Of a DNA stretch of 64,000 nucleotides, positions 25,012 to 38,354 are shown piece by piece (position 1 is the stretch's first letter; every line of letters starts with the position of its first letter). Location of the stretch: contig NC_068990.1 of NCBI RefSeq assembly GCF_001194135.2, positions 89,898,416-89,962,415 of the forward strand. Direction: 5' to 3'. The stretch comes from Octopus bimaculoides (Eukaryota). A model generated the notes under the pieces. That model did no database searches, was not told the origin of the DNA, and worked only from the letters and a program-made list of their open reading frames with translations. Position numbers and translations under genes: made by a program.

Positions 25012-25763
25012 CAGTATGACATTTGTTGAGATGTAGATTACTCAGTTGGAATACTTTTTCTATCTCATGTGATTTTTTCATTTTCTCTTTTATTTCCAGG
25101 CAACAGAAAACCCGTAACTCACATCGATCCTGACCGAGCACCATCTCTTCATCAATCATAATAAAATAACCAACGCTAATTACCCATAATTGACATTGAA
25201 ACTGTGCAGCAGAAATGTCAGCCAGCGGTTATGCTTTCATTGCCGTCGCTATAAATATGTTGCTAAAATATTGGTCAGCATTGAAGACATCGAAAACAAA
25301 AGCGAAAACCTTGAAGAACAACAGAAAGCAATACCAATTCTTGATTAGGTCGGATTTTTTGTCAGATCACAAAACTTTTTCAGGAGGGGATAAAGTCACC
25401 AAGATATGAGAAAGATCTGATGACACAGAGCAACAGCTAATATACATATATATATATGTCTGTCTATCTATCTACCTACATATCTATCTATCTATATATC
25501 TATCTATCTTTATCTATATATCTATCTACATACACACACACAGAACTAACAGTTTATAAAAAGGAGAAAAAGTAAGAGAGAAAGACAGGGAGAAACCTTC
25601 ATTCCATTTTTGCTTCTTTCTCTTTCTTCCTCCCTACACTTTTCTCTACTGCCTCTTTCTTTCTCCCATTTTACTCTTTCTCTTCTCTCCCTCTTTCCTT
25701 CTCCCTCTCTACTTTTCTTCTTCTATCTCCCCACCACCTTCTTTCTCCCTATCTACTTTCTTT

Positions 25764-25805
<42 letters not shown>

Positions 25806-26117
25806 TCTACTCTTTCTCCCACTGACTAAATTCAGCTGACTCCTCCTCCTCATTCTTCCTCTCTGCTCGTTCACACACACAAATACTTCACATACTATAA
25901 CAACAGCTCTGATGTCTCTTACATTACAAACCAGTCGAAAGTAATAAATAAGTAAAATAAATGCTTTTTTTTTTTAAACTCCAGTGATAAATAGACCAAG
26001 TGTCACACACACACACATATATATATATATGGGAGTGGAGAGGCAGAGATATCATAGGTTACATATAAATGATTAGACAAACAAAATAAAGCAGATCAGA
26101 AAACAAACAAAAACATT

Positions 26118-26165
<48 letters not shown>

Positions 26166-26843
26166 CCTTTCTACTATAGGCACAGGGATTGAAATTTCTG
26201 GGGAAGGGGTAAGTCAATCACATTGACCCCAGTACATAACTGGTACTCATTTAATCGACCCTGACATGATGAAAGGCAAAGTCGGCCCCAGCGGAATTTG
26301 AGCTCAGAATGTAAAGACAGATGAAATACCGTTAAGCATTTTACCCGGCGTGCTAACGATTCTGCCAGCTAAATTAGTACTTTCGTTTGCCATTAGGACA
26401 TAACCACACCTTCACCTTTATAGGATTTTTTCTTATATTTATTGGTGATCTATAGATACACCATTATTAATGAGTTAAAAGTATTGATTGCTTACATAGG
26501 TACAGGAGTAAAATATTTCATTCATGCGAGGCTGTAATTGGACAATACAAATGCAAAATATTTAAATATTTAAAACCTGTTGATATCCAAGGTAACAGGT
26601 AGTAACCCACTACCCACATAAATTTCTATCAGGAATAAGACCGAACCTGAACCAAACCAAAGTAAGAATAATAATAAACTGCTTTATTGGGGAAAATTAG
26701 GATTTTGAGATTGGTTCTTGGGTGTTGATTGTCTTCCAAGTACCAAAGTTTATAATTTGCAGAAAGAGACCCTTGACAACAGGTTGCTGTCTGCTCTCAC
26801 AGAATCGACCAGAGTAAGTAAGACCGAGAACTCTGGGAAATAA

Positions 26844-26881
<38 letters not shown>

Positions 26882-26998
26882 AAATCAAAGGCATTTCTTT
26901 AATTTGTTTTCTTTAAGAAACTGCATTTACTCACTTAATTTCTTTAAAATATAAAAAAAGTGGGTGAAGGCCAGGATTGAATTTGAGTACTTTTATAG

Positions 26999-27209
26999 AC
27001 TGGAGCCAATATCAAAAGCCATGAAGCAAAAAGGCAAAAACAACTGGAAAAGCACAAAGTTTAAATTTCCAGGATTGAACTTGGTTTCTCCTCTGGAGAT
27101 ATTGGCTCATAGCAATATCAACTGCCGGAGATCAGGACTGCACACGGCGCCATCTACCCGGGAGGGAAGTACAGTGAGTGGGGGTGAAGATGGAGCCAAA
27201 GGTAACACC

Positions 27210-27241
<32 letters not shown>

Positions 27242-27569
27242 CGACACCACCAACAAACGTGACAGGGCCAACAGTCGGTCGAAGGTGAGACCCATTGCTA
27301 AAAAGACCTCAACTCTGCAAGATGAGTTGGCAATCGAGCGGAACAGTCAACGAAGTTCATTGAGCTGCATGGCTGCACAACACCAATACTGCAGCATTGA
27401 CAGTTTCTTACGTCTCAGAAGCTTCAGTGACGAAATAAATGTGGAAATGGAGAAGATGAGTCATACAAGTCTACGCAGCAGTTGTTCTGGTCAAAACACG
27501 GAGCACAGTTTTGTCAGTTTGGCCACCAGTCTCAGAAGTATTGAAAGTAGATTCTGGAAAATGCGAATG
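26999..27569 (+). CDS. Large low-complexity exon of an unidentified gene (LEPISKAMKQKGK...TTTTTTNNNNNN...SIESRFWKMRM)
   Basis: 190-codon open frame with higher GC than the flanks, acceptor acttttatag at 26998, canonical donor ATG|GTAAGT at 27569/27570. Confidence 0.55.
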
Positions 27570-29095
27570 GTAAGTCTGTGTTTGGATTTTCCTCATGTTT
27601 TTATAATATTATATTGCTTTGTTAGAATCTCAGTTTATATCAGCAGTTTCACCGAGAGAGAAATCTCAACACATCAAATTAGCTCATGTATAAATTGCAA
27701 TTGTGTATAAGTCACATCCCTAATTTAGTGTTAAATCTTGGTACAAGGTTTGTCCCTTCAGAGTTTTAGCTTTACCTCAGATATAAGTCAGAATCAAGTT
27801 GTTAAGATGGTGGGTTCTTTCCTTTCTACTCGGTCTTTGGCTTATTGTCAAAATATATCTAATGTTGTATCTTTCTATAAATATTCTTATCGTATTGCTC
27901 TGATGAACTTTCTGGTCTAGTAACCTCTGTCAACTCCTCTGAACATGTCACCTGCTTTTCTTCCCAGACACGTCATTTCCCTGTTGAACTTCCTGCTTGT
28001 CATAAGTTCTTTTGTCCTTTTATTCCAATGGCTTCTTTCCTCAAACTGCTGCTCTCTGGAACACAGTTCTATCATCTTGTCTTCCTCTGGTCTATGATAT
28101 TCAGTCGTTTAAGCCTTCTTTCAATCAACATCTCTTAAATTTATAGGCCCTTTCTTTTCCTTCTTTGTAGCTCTCTTATATCCTTGGGGTTTGGATATAG
28201 ACTACACTGTAACATTGTTATAACATTACAAAAACTAAATCCATAACAAACATGTAACAAACTTATATCTCTTCTCAATGACTGCCTTCACAAATGCAAC
28301 TGCACACACCACACTATACGTCGCACTGTCAGTACACATGCGCCTTTATAAGGTTTAGGACAGTCCACTTGCTATCCCAAAGGAGTGTCGGGATTTCACC
28401 ACAACAAGTTCCTTACACTGCAGTAGCATCAAGCCTTGTTTGGGACAAAATTGTTAAAAAACAAAAAAAAAGCCAGGGGGACATCACCAGTGGCCATTAA
28501 TGTCCATAGCAGAATTCACTCCACTACAAGACTTCAAGTCACATCTCCAGTTCCCCACTTTTTCTCATCAGTTTTGAAGGACTCCAAAAAAGGGACATAT
28601 ACAATCCTTCCCTTAACAATTATAACATTAAAAAAAAAAAAACTCCAAGAGTCTATCTACAGAATTTGGTGTTTCAGATTGAAAGATTTCTTCCATAGTC
28701 AAAGTATGTCATTGGAATTTAATGTAAACAATTATCTGGAATATTCAGTTTTGTCGAATATAATATTCAATTCAAGGTTAAAAAATGCCATTGAAAGCTA
28801 ATTTGAATACTTCACTGTTCCAGAATATAAATATTCTATGAAGTAATCTAATGTTGTTTGAAATACCAAACTGAATATTAGCATAACTGGATATAGTGTA
28901 AGAGAGAGAGAGAGAGAGAGAGATAGGGGGTGGGGTAGAGATGGAGTAGAGAGAGGAGAGAAAGATAGAGAAAAGGAAAGACAGATGGATGCAGGGAGAG
29001 TGTTGCAGCCAAACATTCTGCTATTCTTATCAAATAAGCAATTTGCTGTTTTGTCGTCAGCATTTATGGAATGATGACAGATTTTTTTTTTATAG

Positions 29096-29239
29096 AAGTT
29101 GATGTCATCTGTTTTTGTTTATTTCACCGATCCAAGAATGGATGATGCTGGCAGGAGAGACAGAACGACGGAGAAATGGGAAGAAGTGGTAAAGGGTGAT
29201 TACAGGAGTCTGAGTCGTGCAAAAGAGATGACCAATGGA
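29096..29239 (+). CDS. Putative next exon of the same unidentified gene (KLMSSVFVYFTDPRMDDAGRRDRTTEKWEEVVKGDYRSLSRAKEMTNG)
   Basis: Strong ttttttttttatag acceptor and GTGAGC donor; 144 nt, phase 0-0; the only open frame is the one continuing the 27-kb exon. Confidence 0.55.
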
Positions 29240-29305
29240 GTGAGCAAACACACACACACACACATACACATACAAATATATACTATTTCTGTTCTACATA
29301 AATGC

Positions 29306-29377
<72 letters not shown>

Positions 29378-30805
29378 CACACATACATACACACCATATC
29401 TATTCTAAATACATATACATGTATGTGTGTGTTTATATTATATGTGTGTGTGTGTTCATATGTGTGTGTGTGTGTGTGAATATATACATTAAAATATATT
29501 TTGCCGAACTGCTAAGTTACAGGTACATAAACACACCATCACCAATTGTCAAACTGACACACACACACGCACAACAAGATTCTTTCAGTTTCCATCTACC
29601 ACATCCACTCGCAAGGCTTTGGTAGATGGAAAGACACTTGCCCAAGGTGCCACGCAGTGGGAATGTAGTGAGTAGACAGGAGTAGAAGGAGGGGGTTATA
29701 AGGAGGGTACGTTGTGGGGAAGGGATTCAACAGGGACACATTGTGTGCAAGTAGGTCCATGAGGGTGGTATAAGTGGGTAGAGAGTACCCACTTATACAC
29801 AGTTCTATATATCTACTTCTTTACCACCCACAAGTCTCACCCGGCCATCTTTAAGAAACTGAAGCACACATTAGACATAAGAAGTTCTAGAATATGGCTG
29901 ATCGTAATAAGCCTGTTGGATCAGGAACTGAAGCAAGGACCAGGCTCTGAATATTACACCTCTACTTCCATTCCCCAGACAGGGAATGGAAAGAAAGAAA
30001 AAGTAAAAGTACATAAACAAACAGCAAACTGAGATTAAAGTGCTGCACTATTGATCATGAGGTCATGAGTTCAATTACAACCGCAGCCATTTTATCGTTC
30101 CCCTGTACAAAGTACCAAACTTCATTTGCTCCAGTTTGCATGACTGAAAAAAAAAAAAAAAAAAAATTGGGGGCAAGGGGGGAAAATATATCAGTTTCTT
30201 ATTCCTNNNNNNNNNNNNNNNNNNNNNNNNNNNNNNNNNNNNNNNNNNNNNNNNNNNNNNNNNNNNNNNNNNNNNNNNNNNNNNNNNNNNNNNNNNNNNN
30301 NNNNNNNNNNNNNNNNNNNNNNNNNNNNNNNNNNNNNNNNNNNNNNNNNNNNNNNNNNNNNNNNNNNNNNNNNNNNNNNNNNNNNNNNNNNNNNNNNNNN
30401 NNNNNNNNNNNNNNNNNNNNNNNNNNNNNNNNNNNNNNNNNNNNNNNNNNNNNNNNNNNNNNNNNNNNNNNNNNNNNNNNNNNNNNNNNNNNNNNNNNNN
30501 NNNNNNNNNNNNNNNNNNNNNNNNNNNNNNNNNNNNNNNNNNNNNNNNNNNNNNNNNAAACAAGTAATTAAGAGGATATAGCATGTCGTTCCAGTTTTAG
30601 CTTTAACACTGGTTTCGAATTCTGGCACAAGGCCAGCAATTTTATGGGAGGCGGGTACATTGATTACATTGACCCCAGTGCTTAACTGGTATTTATTTTA
30701 TCAAACCTGAAAGGATGAAAAGCAAAGTCAATCTCAGTAGAATTTGAACTCAGAGCATAAAAGTGGATTTGTGTGATGTGGATAAATATTCCATCAATAT
30801 TGCAC

Positions 30806-31195
30806 AAATGATGTTGGCATCAATTTTAAAATCCACCCAAGACTTGGCCCCCGTGCTATCCACCCACTACAAAAATCGAACTCAGGACACATAACGATAT
30901 TACGAAACAACTACTTTACTTCAACTGGTCCAGCTCTTTTTAATATCATACCAAAATACATCAAAACGGAAACGGATCTCATAAAATTCAAAAGTTCTCT
31001 GGACAATTTTCTCCTAAGAAATCGTAGACCAACCTCCTACACTCGGATATGTCTCCAACAATAATAACTTTGCTAGAGTGGGCCATGGTGTCCCATATAG
31101 GACTGAGGTGTGAATCACAATCTAAAAGACTACACCAGGTGGTGCTATTAAATTAGACATAACCTGGGTCTATACTAACCAAAACCTAAGTATCT
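30806..31195 (+). mobile_element. CR1/L2-like LINE 3' end
   Basis: Peptide INFKIHPRLGPRA...FTSTGPALFNIIPKYIK...FKSSLDNFL typical of LINE ORF2 C-termini. Confidence 0.7.
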
Positions 31196-31477
31196 GAGAA
31201 TGCAGTAATTCACCTGGTGTGTTAAAGATTCTGCCAGTTTGCTGCCTTAGTTTTAACTTCAACATTATCCACTTCAAGGTGGTGAGCTGGCAGAAACATT
31301 AGCACACCAGGCGAAATGCTTAGTGGTATTTCGTCTGTCTTTACGTTCCGAGTTCAAATTCTGCCAAGGTCGAAAAATTAAGTACCAGTTACATACTGGT
31401 CAGTCTAATCGACTGGCCACCTCCCCCAAAATTTCAGGCCTTAATTCTTTCTACAATAAAATCAATAAATAATACAA

Positions 31478-31914
31478 ACACCCCACCTCCACCCTACGAC
31501 AAGAAGTGAAATTAAAGTGTTTTCTCTACCAATGTTTTATGACAAACATAACCCAACATGTTGTGGTCAGGGTCTTTTGGAATTAAGAGAAGTATGTAAA
31601 AATTAGATTTTTTGCACACACACACAACAAAATATTAATTTTTTTTCTTTTGGTAATTTGTATTTAGAAAGTTGATCCTCGGTTTGGCTGTTGTTTCTAG
31701 CTTGTCAGGTTTCAGGTTGGGGCGGATTTAAATTTTGAAATTTTTTCTTTGGTAATTCGTATTAAAAATTTGAGAACGTGTTTCTAGCATATCAGGTTTT
31801 CTGTTTAGATACTTTTTGCATCTGCTATTTTATAATTCTATGCATGCGTGAAACATTAGTAGCGAAAACACTTTAATTTCACTTCTTGTCATAGGGCAGA
31901 GGGGAGGGGGTGTT
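31478..31914. mobile_element. Non-autonomous DNA transposon with about 50-bp TIRs
   Basis: ccctacgacaagaagtgaaattaaagtgttttc versus gaaaacactttaatttcacttcttgtcataggg. Confidence 0.75.
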
Positions 31915-32285
31915 CATTTTTATTTATTTTCCAACCCATGCTAGCATGGAAAGCGGACGTTAAACGATGATGATGATGATTTATTTTTTTAAATTGAAAT
32001 TTTATAGAATTTTTTTTTTTTTTCAGAATCACAATCTCCGTATTTTTCTGCGTATTTCGCAAATTAAACAACTTTTTTTTAAAGTGAAAATTTAAGAAAT
32101 TTAGTGGGTGGGGGAATTAAAATTTTGAAATGCAGATTTTTTTTTTTTTTTTTTGCGAATTCGGAATCTCCGCACTCGATATAGTGGGTTCCTGTAAAAA
32201 AGAAAAAAAAATCCCAAAGTGGGTGTGATCCATTGTCTTTACCTCCGCCAAAATACGTACACAACCCGATTTCGGCGTAACAAAA

Positions 32286-32311
32286 ACCCTAACCCTAACC
32301 CTTAACCCTAA
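32286..32311. repeat. Short interstitial telomere-like (CCCTAA)n tract
   Basis: aaccctaaccctaacccttaaccctaa, followed by two imperfect direct repeats about 40 bp apart (accgggtg..cgt..tctttac.ttcg). Confidence 0.8.
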
Positions 32312-33213
32312 ACCGACAACACCGGGTGCACGTCTTCTTTACTTTCGTCTCCTAACCCTTACCGGGTGTGCGTATTCTTTACCTTCGCCGAAAGCCTTGT
32401 TTAAGATTCTACACTTTAGTCTCCATAATACTAACGATGTCAGACAAGCTGATGTGTTGATATACAGCAGAGCAGTGAATCGTTTAAGGTTTAACTCTTC
32501 AATATTCACAATGTCTCAATTGACACTCGACACGTTGACGCATTTATGCAAAATAGATGGAAGCTAAGGTGTAGGCGAGGGAAATAACTCTTGTCTGCAT
32601 AACTTGAAAGGGTGAATTACAGCCTCAATGCTGCTGTGATTATGTCATCTTAATACGACATTGAACGTGTCTGCTAATCCTTGCAATTAAGATCTGATAT
32701 TATTATTATCAGGGTGGCGGCGGTGGTGGTGGAGATGAACATGTTACTGTAGTGGTGTTGTTGTAATTAGGATGATGCAGGTGACTTTGACAATGTAGAA
32801 AGCTTACTACGAGAGGAATAAATAGGTGTATTAATGTATTTTGTTTTCACCTCACTTTCTCTCTTCCAAGGTCATGCGGTAGAGCTTGTGTCGTTGAAAA
32901 ACTTGCTTCACAACAACGTTTTCGAGTCCAGTCCCATGTGTATGTGTGCGTGCGTGCATGTATGTATGAAGATATGTGCGTGTGTATATACATATGTAGA
33001 GGAACGTAAAAATCACCCACTACACTCTCAGAGTGGTTGGCGTTAGGAAGGGCATCCAGTCGTAGAAACTTTGCCAGATCAGATTGGAGCCTGGTGCAGC
33101 CTTTCTGGATTGCCAGCCCTCAGTCAAACCATCCAACCCATGCCAACATGGAAAGCGGACGTTAAACGACGACTACGACGATGATGATGCATAAGTGTGT
33201 GTGTGTGCGTGTA

Positions 33214-33272
<59 letters not shown>

Positions 33273-33544
33273 CATAAACATACATACAGGCACACATACC
33301 GTCATCATTTTAACATTGACGTTTTCATGTTTGCATTGGTCAGATGAATATATTAGAGCAGTTTTCTAGAGCCAGATGTCACACACAATGCTCCACCTAT
33401 TTTCAAATGACATAATAATCTTCCAGTCTATCACACACGAACCAAACATGGTCTCAATGCCAGGACATTACTCCAGAATGTTATTTGATTTATAGATCTC
33501 ATGACAAAAGGTACGGATTTGGCTGATTGCAGGAGTTATATCTT

Positions 33545-33640
33545 CATAGACTAACACACATTCACTGTTTGTTCTGGCTTATGAATAAGATTCAAACAAC
33601 TCATGTAGAACATATCGTCAGTGAGGAGATACTAAATCCT
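33545..33640 (+). mobile_element. Possible Helitron Rep fragment
   Basis: HRLTHIHCLFWLMNKIQTTHVEHIVSEEILNP resembles the Helitron HUH motif RGLPHxHxLxWL...ID.IISAEIPDP. Confidence 0.45.
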
Positions 33641-35432
33641 AAGGGGGTAAAAAAAAAAAGAAAAAATACTGTACCAATTGAAGGTAAAGTACTAGTTCAC
33701 AGACTCTCAGGTAATCTTGTCACTCTTTAAGTGAAGAAAAGGAAATTGTACAAGAAGTTATCGAAAGCCACCTCTTCAAGAAACTCAGATCAAGGAGAAA
33801 GTACTTTACATACGAGAAGAAAGTGAGATAATGGAGACATCACCACATCTCCCAACATGCAATGAGAAAAGCTGTTATTGGCAACCAGTGGGCAGTGCCT
33901 TGGACAGTCTCCAGTTCTACATCTGTTGATATACTTCTTCATTGCCCACAGGGGGTTAAACACAGAGGGATTAAGTCGATTACATCGACCCCAGTGCATA
34001 ACTGGTACTTATTTAAACAACCCTGAAAGGATGAAAGGCAAAGTTGACCTCAGCGGAATTTGAACTCAGAACGTAATGGCAGACGAAATACCGCTAAGCA
34101 TTTCGCCTGGCGTGCTAATGAGTCTGTCAGCTCGTCACCTTAATTTTGTTGATATACTTCTGGACATATTTTATAGATTTGACTGAGCACATTGATGGGT
34201 GCTTCAATCAAAGAAGTGACCAGGCTGCATTTGGCTGCAGTATAAGGGAACGAAACCTGATGAGATATCAGCATTTAAGAGAAGTCATTACATCAGCAGC
34301 AAAGAGGCTGTGTGGTGTATTTTAACTCCCCCCCCCCTGATGAGTGCCTCATCCTAGTGTTGTACACCTAGATCTTTATTGTTATTTGGAGAATAGGGAA
34401 ATAGTTTACAAACTTCAGCCCTTCAATCCCCATGGAATACGGGCCATTGATGATTTTTCTCCAGTGTTCTTGACTCTTGGCTGTCTCCTGGTGGTCAGGA
34501 GAGTTGGCCTTGCAAATTCCTTTCAGAGTTTGCTGCACCATGTGAGGCCTTCCTTTCCCAGATATTGATTTGTCATCAGTGCTTCTATAACCTTGTTTTT
34601 TTCTAGATAAAGTTGTTGGCTCTATGCAAACCCATATTGACCACTAGGAAGATGTAATCCATATTAACCTGACCTCTATCCCGTAACCTGTCCAGCATTG
34701 GAGGCCCTAGCAGTGTTCAGTGAACAAATTGAACACACTACCCAGCAGTGGCTAAAACATGAACTGATCAAGTTTATGTATAAATTTTCTTTTTATAAGT
34801 TTGTTTCCTTTTACACAATATTAAAACAACAGCTAAAAATTTTCTGAAGCAGCACCCCCACTAATCTTATTTAATGAGCTGACACTGGTATATATGTATA
34901 TATATATNNNNNNNNNNNNNNNNNNNNNNNNNNNNNNNNNNNNNNNNNNNNNNNNNNNNNNNNNNNNNNNNNNNNNNNNNNNNNNNNNNNATTATACATG
35001 TAATTTGCTGTACAAGCCGAGACTTGTGTGAATTTTTGTCTTGAAGTACAAGTGGAAATCTGCAGTACAAGCACACCTCCCCAAAAATTTCGGGTCTTGT
35101 GCTTAGAGTAGAAAAGCATAGTTTATCAAATGCTCAACTCATTCTGCTGTATCAACCCCAGAAGGATGAAAGTCAATAGGATTTGAATTCAAAATGTAAA
35201 GTGAATAATTTCTTAAACAGATAGCAGGACCCAAATTTGTAGGACATGGTAGATGGGTGAATGGGGGGGGGGGTCGCGATGGTTCATCATAATGACCCCC
35301 GGTTCTTGATTGGTTCTTTTTTTATCTAGTCCACATGGAGTCGCTCATGTTGACAGAATCTTAACTCAAATATGAAGAGATGTAACTAAATATTTTAAAG
35401 AAATAAAATGCCACAAATTTAAAGACTGCTAT

Positions 35433-35528
35433 TGGGGGTATAGGTGATGATATAGACTGGGGGTAAGGGTAATGATATAGACTGGGGGTTAAGGTGATGA
35501 TATGGACTGGGGGTAAGGGTGATGATAT
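35433..35528. repeat. 25-bp G-rich minisatellite x about 4 (tgggggtaagggtgatgatatagac)
   Basis: Directly visible. Confidence 0.9.
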
Positions 35529-35971
35529 AACCCCACCTCCCAGTAATGAACTGGTGTATTATTTTTACCGAGAAAATCGGTGCAGCAACAAACACAATTC
35601 TTTTGATATTTAGTTTCATCTCAGTAAGTTCTGAAACTAATGTCATTGGTTACAACTTTTTAACTGGTCAGTCCTTGGTTCATCACATTTCTGACTAATG
35701 ACGATGGAACATCAGTAATTTGGTAGGCTTGCCTGCAAGACTATCAGATTTCCACCAATTTGTATTTATACATGACAATCTACTGCAGAGTTTACAAGGT
35801 GCAAGTCAATCCTATGGAATCTATGGGAAAAGATACTTGCCTAAGACACTGACGGTGGGAAATAACTCAGAACAGGGTGATTACGAAGCGAACTTGATAT
35901 CAGAATAAATATGGGTGCAGACATGATCCCTGTCTATACCCATTAAAAACAACTGTGACTTTCTACATATT

Positions 35972-36186
35972 GGTACTACTAAAGCAGCACAGTCCCGAAC
36001 GCGCAGTCGCGCGTCCGCGCTAGCTAGTCGTGAGTGGTCGATCCTAGCCCTGACCCTGTCCCTGTCCCTGTCCCTAACCCTATCCCTAACCCGCGTGTGT
36101 AAATGACTACATGTTTAGGGTTAGGGTTAGGATCGACCACTCTCGACTAGCTAGCGCGTTCGGGACAGTGCTGCTTTAGTAGTACC
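35972..36186. mobile_element. Mutator-like foldback MITE with internal inverted telomeric repeats
   Basis: Long TIRs (ggtactactaaagcagcac.gtcccgaacgcgc...tagctagtcg.gagtggtcgatccta) and a perfect 9-bp TSD CTACATATT at 35963-35971 and 36187-36195. Confidence 0.88.
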
Positions 36187-38005
36187 CTACATATTTTAGA
36201 AACCATCATTTTTGAATTATGTATACGGAGATTTAAAGAGGATAATCTTTGGATGAAAATATATGAGTGTGTATAACTGAGACGAGCGACTTGTCATCTA
36301 CACAGGAGGGAGGGGGGGACATGTTTATAGTGTATACACAGAGAGACAGACAGACTGACAAAGAGGTTAATGGTCATTTAATCGTAGACCGTTCGGTAGC
36401 CTTTTGTTACTGTAGAGACTCAGGAGAGGACGGACTCACAAACGTTCCAGTAGGACCCCCCGGGATTTTTCTTGGTTTTTTTTTTTTGGTTTTTTTAAAG
36501 ACATTGTATATCTTAGACTACGTAATCTAATGGGTTCACCTTTTTTTTTAACGATAGTAAGGGAAATTTGGCAGCTGTTTCAAGCGACCACGTAGAACTT
36601 CCCAGAGTTGACTTGTGAAGTAAAGAATGTGAGACGAGCGAAAGATTCCAGTTCAAATAAGTACACTTGCAGACATACAACTGTGTAGAAAGAAAACAGC
36701 GACAGTTCAAAAGCAGAGTTATAAATTAGAATACATTGAAATTATTACAACTTCGGTGTCCCTATTCGTTTACGTTTGGTATCAAAAACTTAGGAATCAT
36801 TAAACATGATGAAGAACAAAAACAAAAAGAAAGGAAGAAAAAGAATACGATAATTTACTTACTGGAATAGAACAAGGGAACGTAAAATATTTAGATATCG
36901 AATCAAGATGTGGTCGGTACACATAAACACATATACATATACATATATATATGTATAGCAAATCAAAAGAACATCGCTGCTTTCCAAACTCTTTTACAAC
37001 TTCAACTTGCAGTTTTTTGCTTTCTTTTTTCCCTCTTAACATAAAACGCTCGCTCTATTTATTCCTCCGTTCTCTTTTCCTTGTTTCTCTGTTCCATTTC
37101 TTTTACACTCTTCATATCCAGTTACTGTTTATGTTTTGTTTTGCTTTTTTTGTATTATTATTTTTACTATCCCTTATGTTTATACATTAGTGCACCGCTT
37201 TCGTTTGATAACTTAGACGCTCCGTCTGTTCAACCTCTGTCTATGTATATATGTGAGTGGCATATATATATACACATGTATATATATATATATATACACA
37301 AAGACACACACACACACGCTAACGTAGGGAGTGAGGGTGCGATGTGGTGTTACTTATTAGTATTTGTTTATGATGATCGCAATGAAAACAGTGGCGAATG
37401 TACTGATGATGCGGTGGGTAGTTATAAGAATCCTTAAACTCCGCAGGTAACGAGTGTGGAACCGTAAATCTTTACAATATCATGCTCCACAGACTGCTGT
37501 ATACATCTACTAACTTGTGTAATACGGGGAATCAGGCATGACTATGAAATATACATAGTAACATTAGGCTATTGAGAGTTACTCCCCCTGCTCATAATAA
37601 ACATTACTACTAGCGCCATCTCTTCGCTTAAACTATGACAAAAGTTTTTTTTAATTACGTTTAGTAATCGAAGAGAGAAAGTTGTAGAGTGCAGCGTCAC
37701 AGCTGGCTAGCTTGATAGGGAGTGGTCTGAGGTAATTGCTAACCAAACTGTCAACTTTCTACGTATTCTCTGGCTGTGACCAACCGATATTGCGCTGTGT
37801 CCATGATTGTTTGGCTTTGAAGTTTGCTTCCCAACCATATGGTTTCCGATTCAGTCACAATGCGTGGCACTTTGTGCAAGTGTCTTCTGCTACAGCGCCA
37901 AGGACGTCGTAGACACAAATTGACAGAAGTTCGTCGTGTTTATAGTAAAACAAATCCAGAGAAGAAGCACGCTCTAAGATGTAGAGCAGTTAATATTATA
38001 ATGAG

Positions 38006-38187
38006 GGAGGCCAGTTTATGGGGTTACCCTGGGTTTTTCGTCCATAAGGGTTTTGGTCAGACCCCAAGACCTCTTCAAAATATTTTAAAGAGTTCTTAGG
38101 CCAACAGGTTTGAGATCCGACAATACACCGTAAGACCAAACCCCTTATAGATGGGAAACTCAGGATAACCCCATAAACCGGCCTTCC
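38006..38187. mobile_element. MITE with about 57-bp TIRs
   Basis: ggaggccagtttatggggttaccctggg... versus ...ctcaggataaccccataaaccggccttcc. Confidence 0.8.
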
Positions 38188-38271
38188 CCATTTTTAATGT
38201 GTGTGTGTGTGTGCGTGTGTGCAAAAAAAATCCACAAATACACACACACATACATATATATAATGTGACAA

Positions 38272-38354
<83 letters not shown>

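Noticed and set aside
37368-37410. ATGATGA...CTGA resembling C/D-box snoRNA boxes
   Set aside because: Boxes are too close, with no terminal stem or downstream D box.
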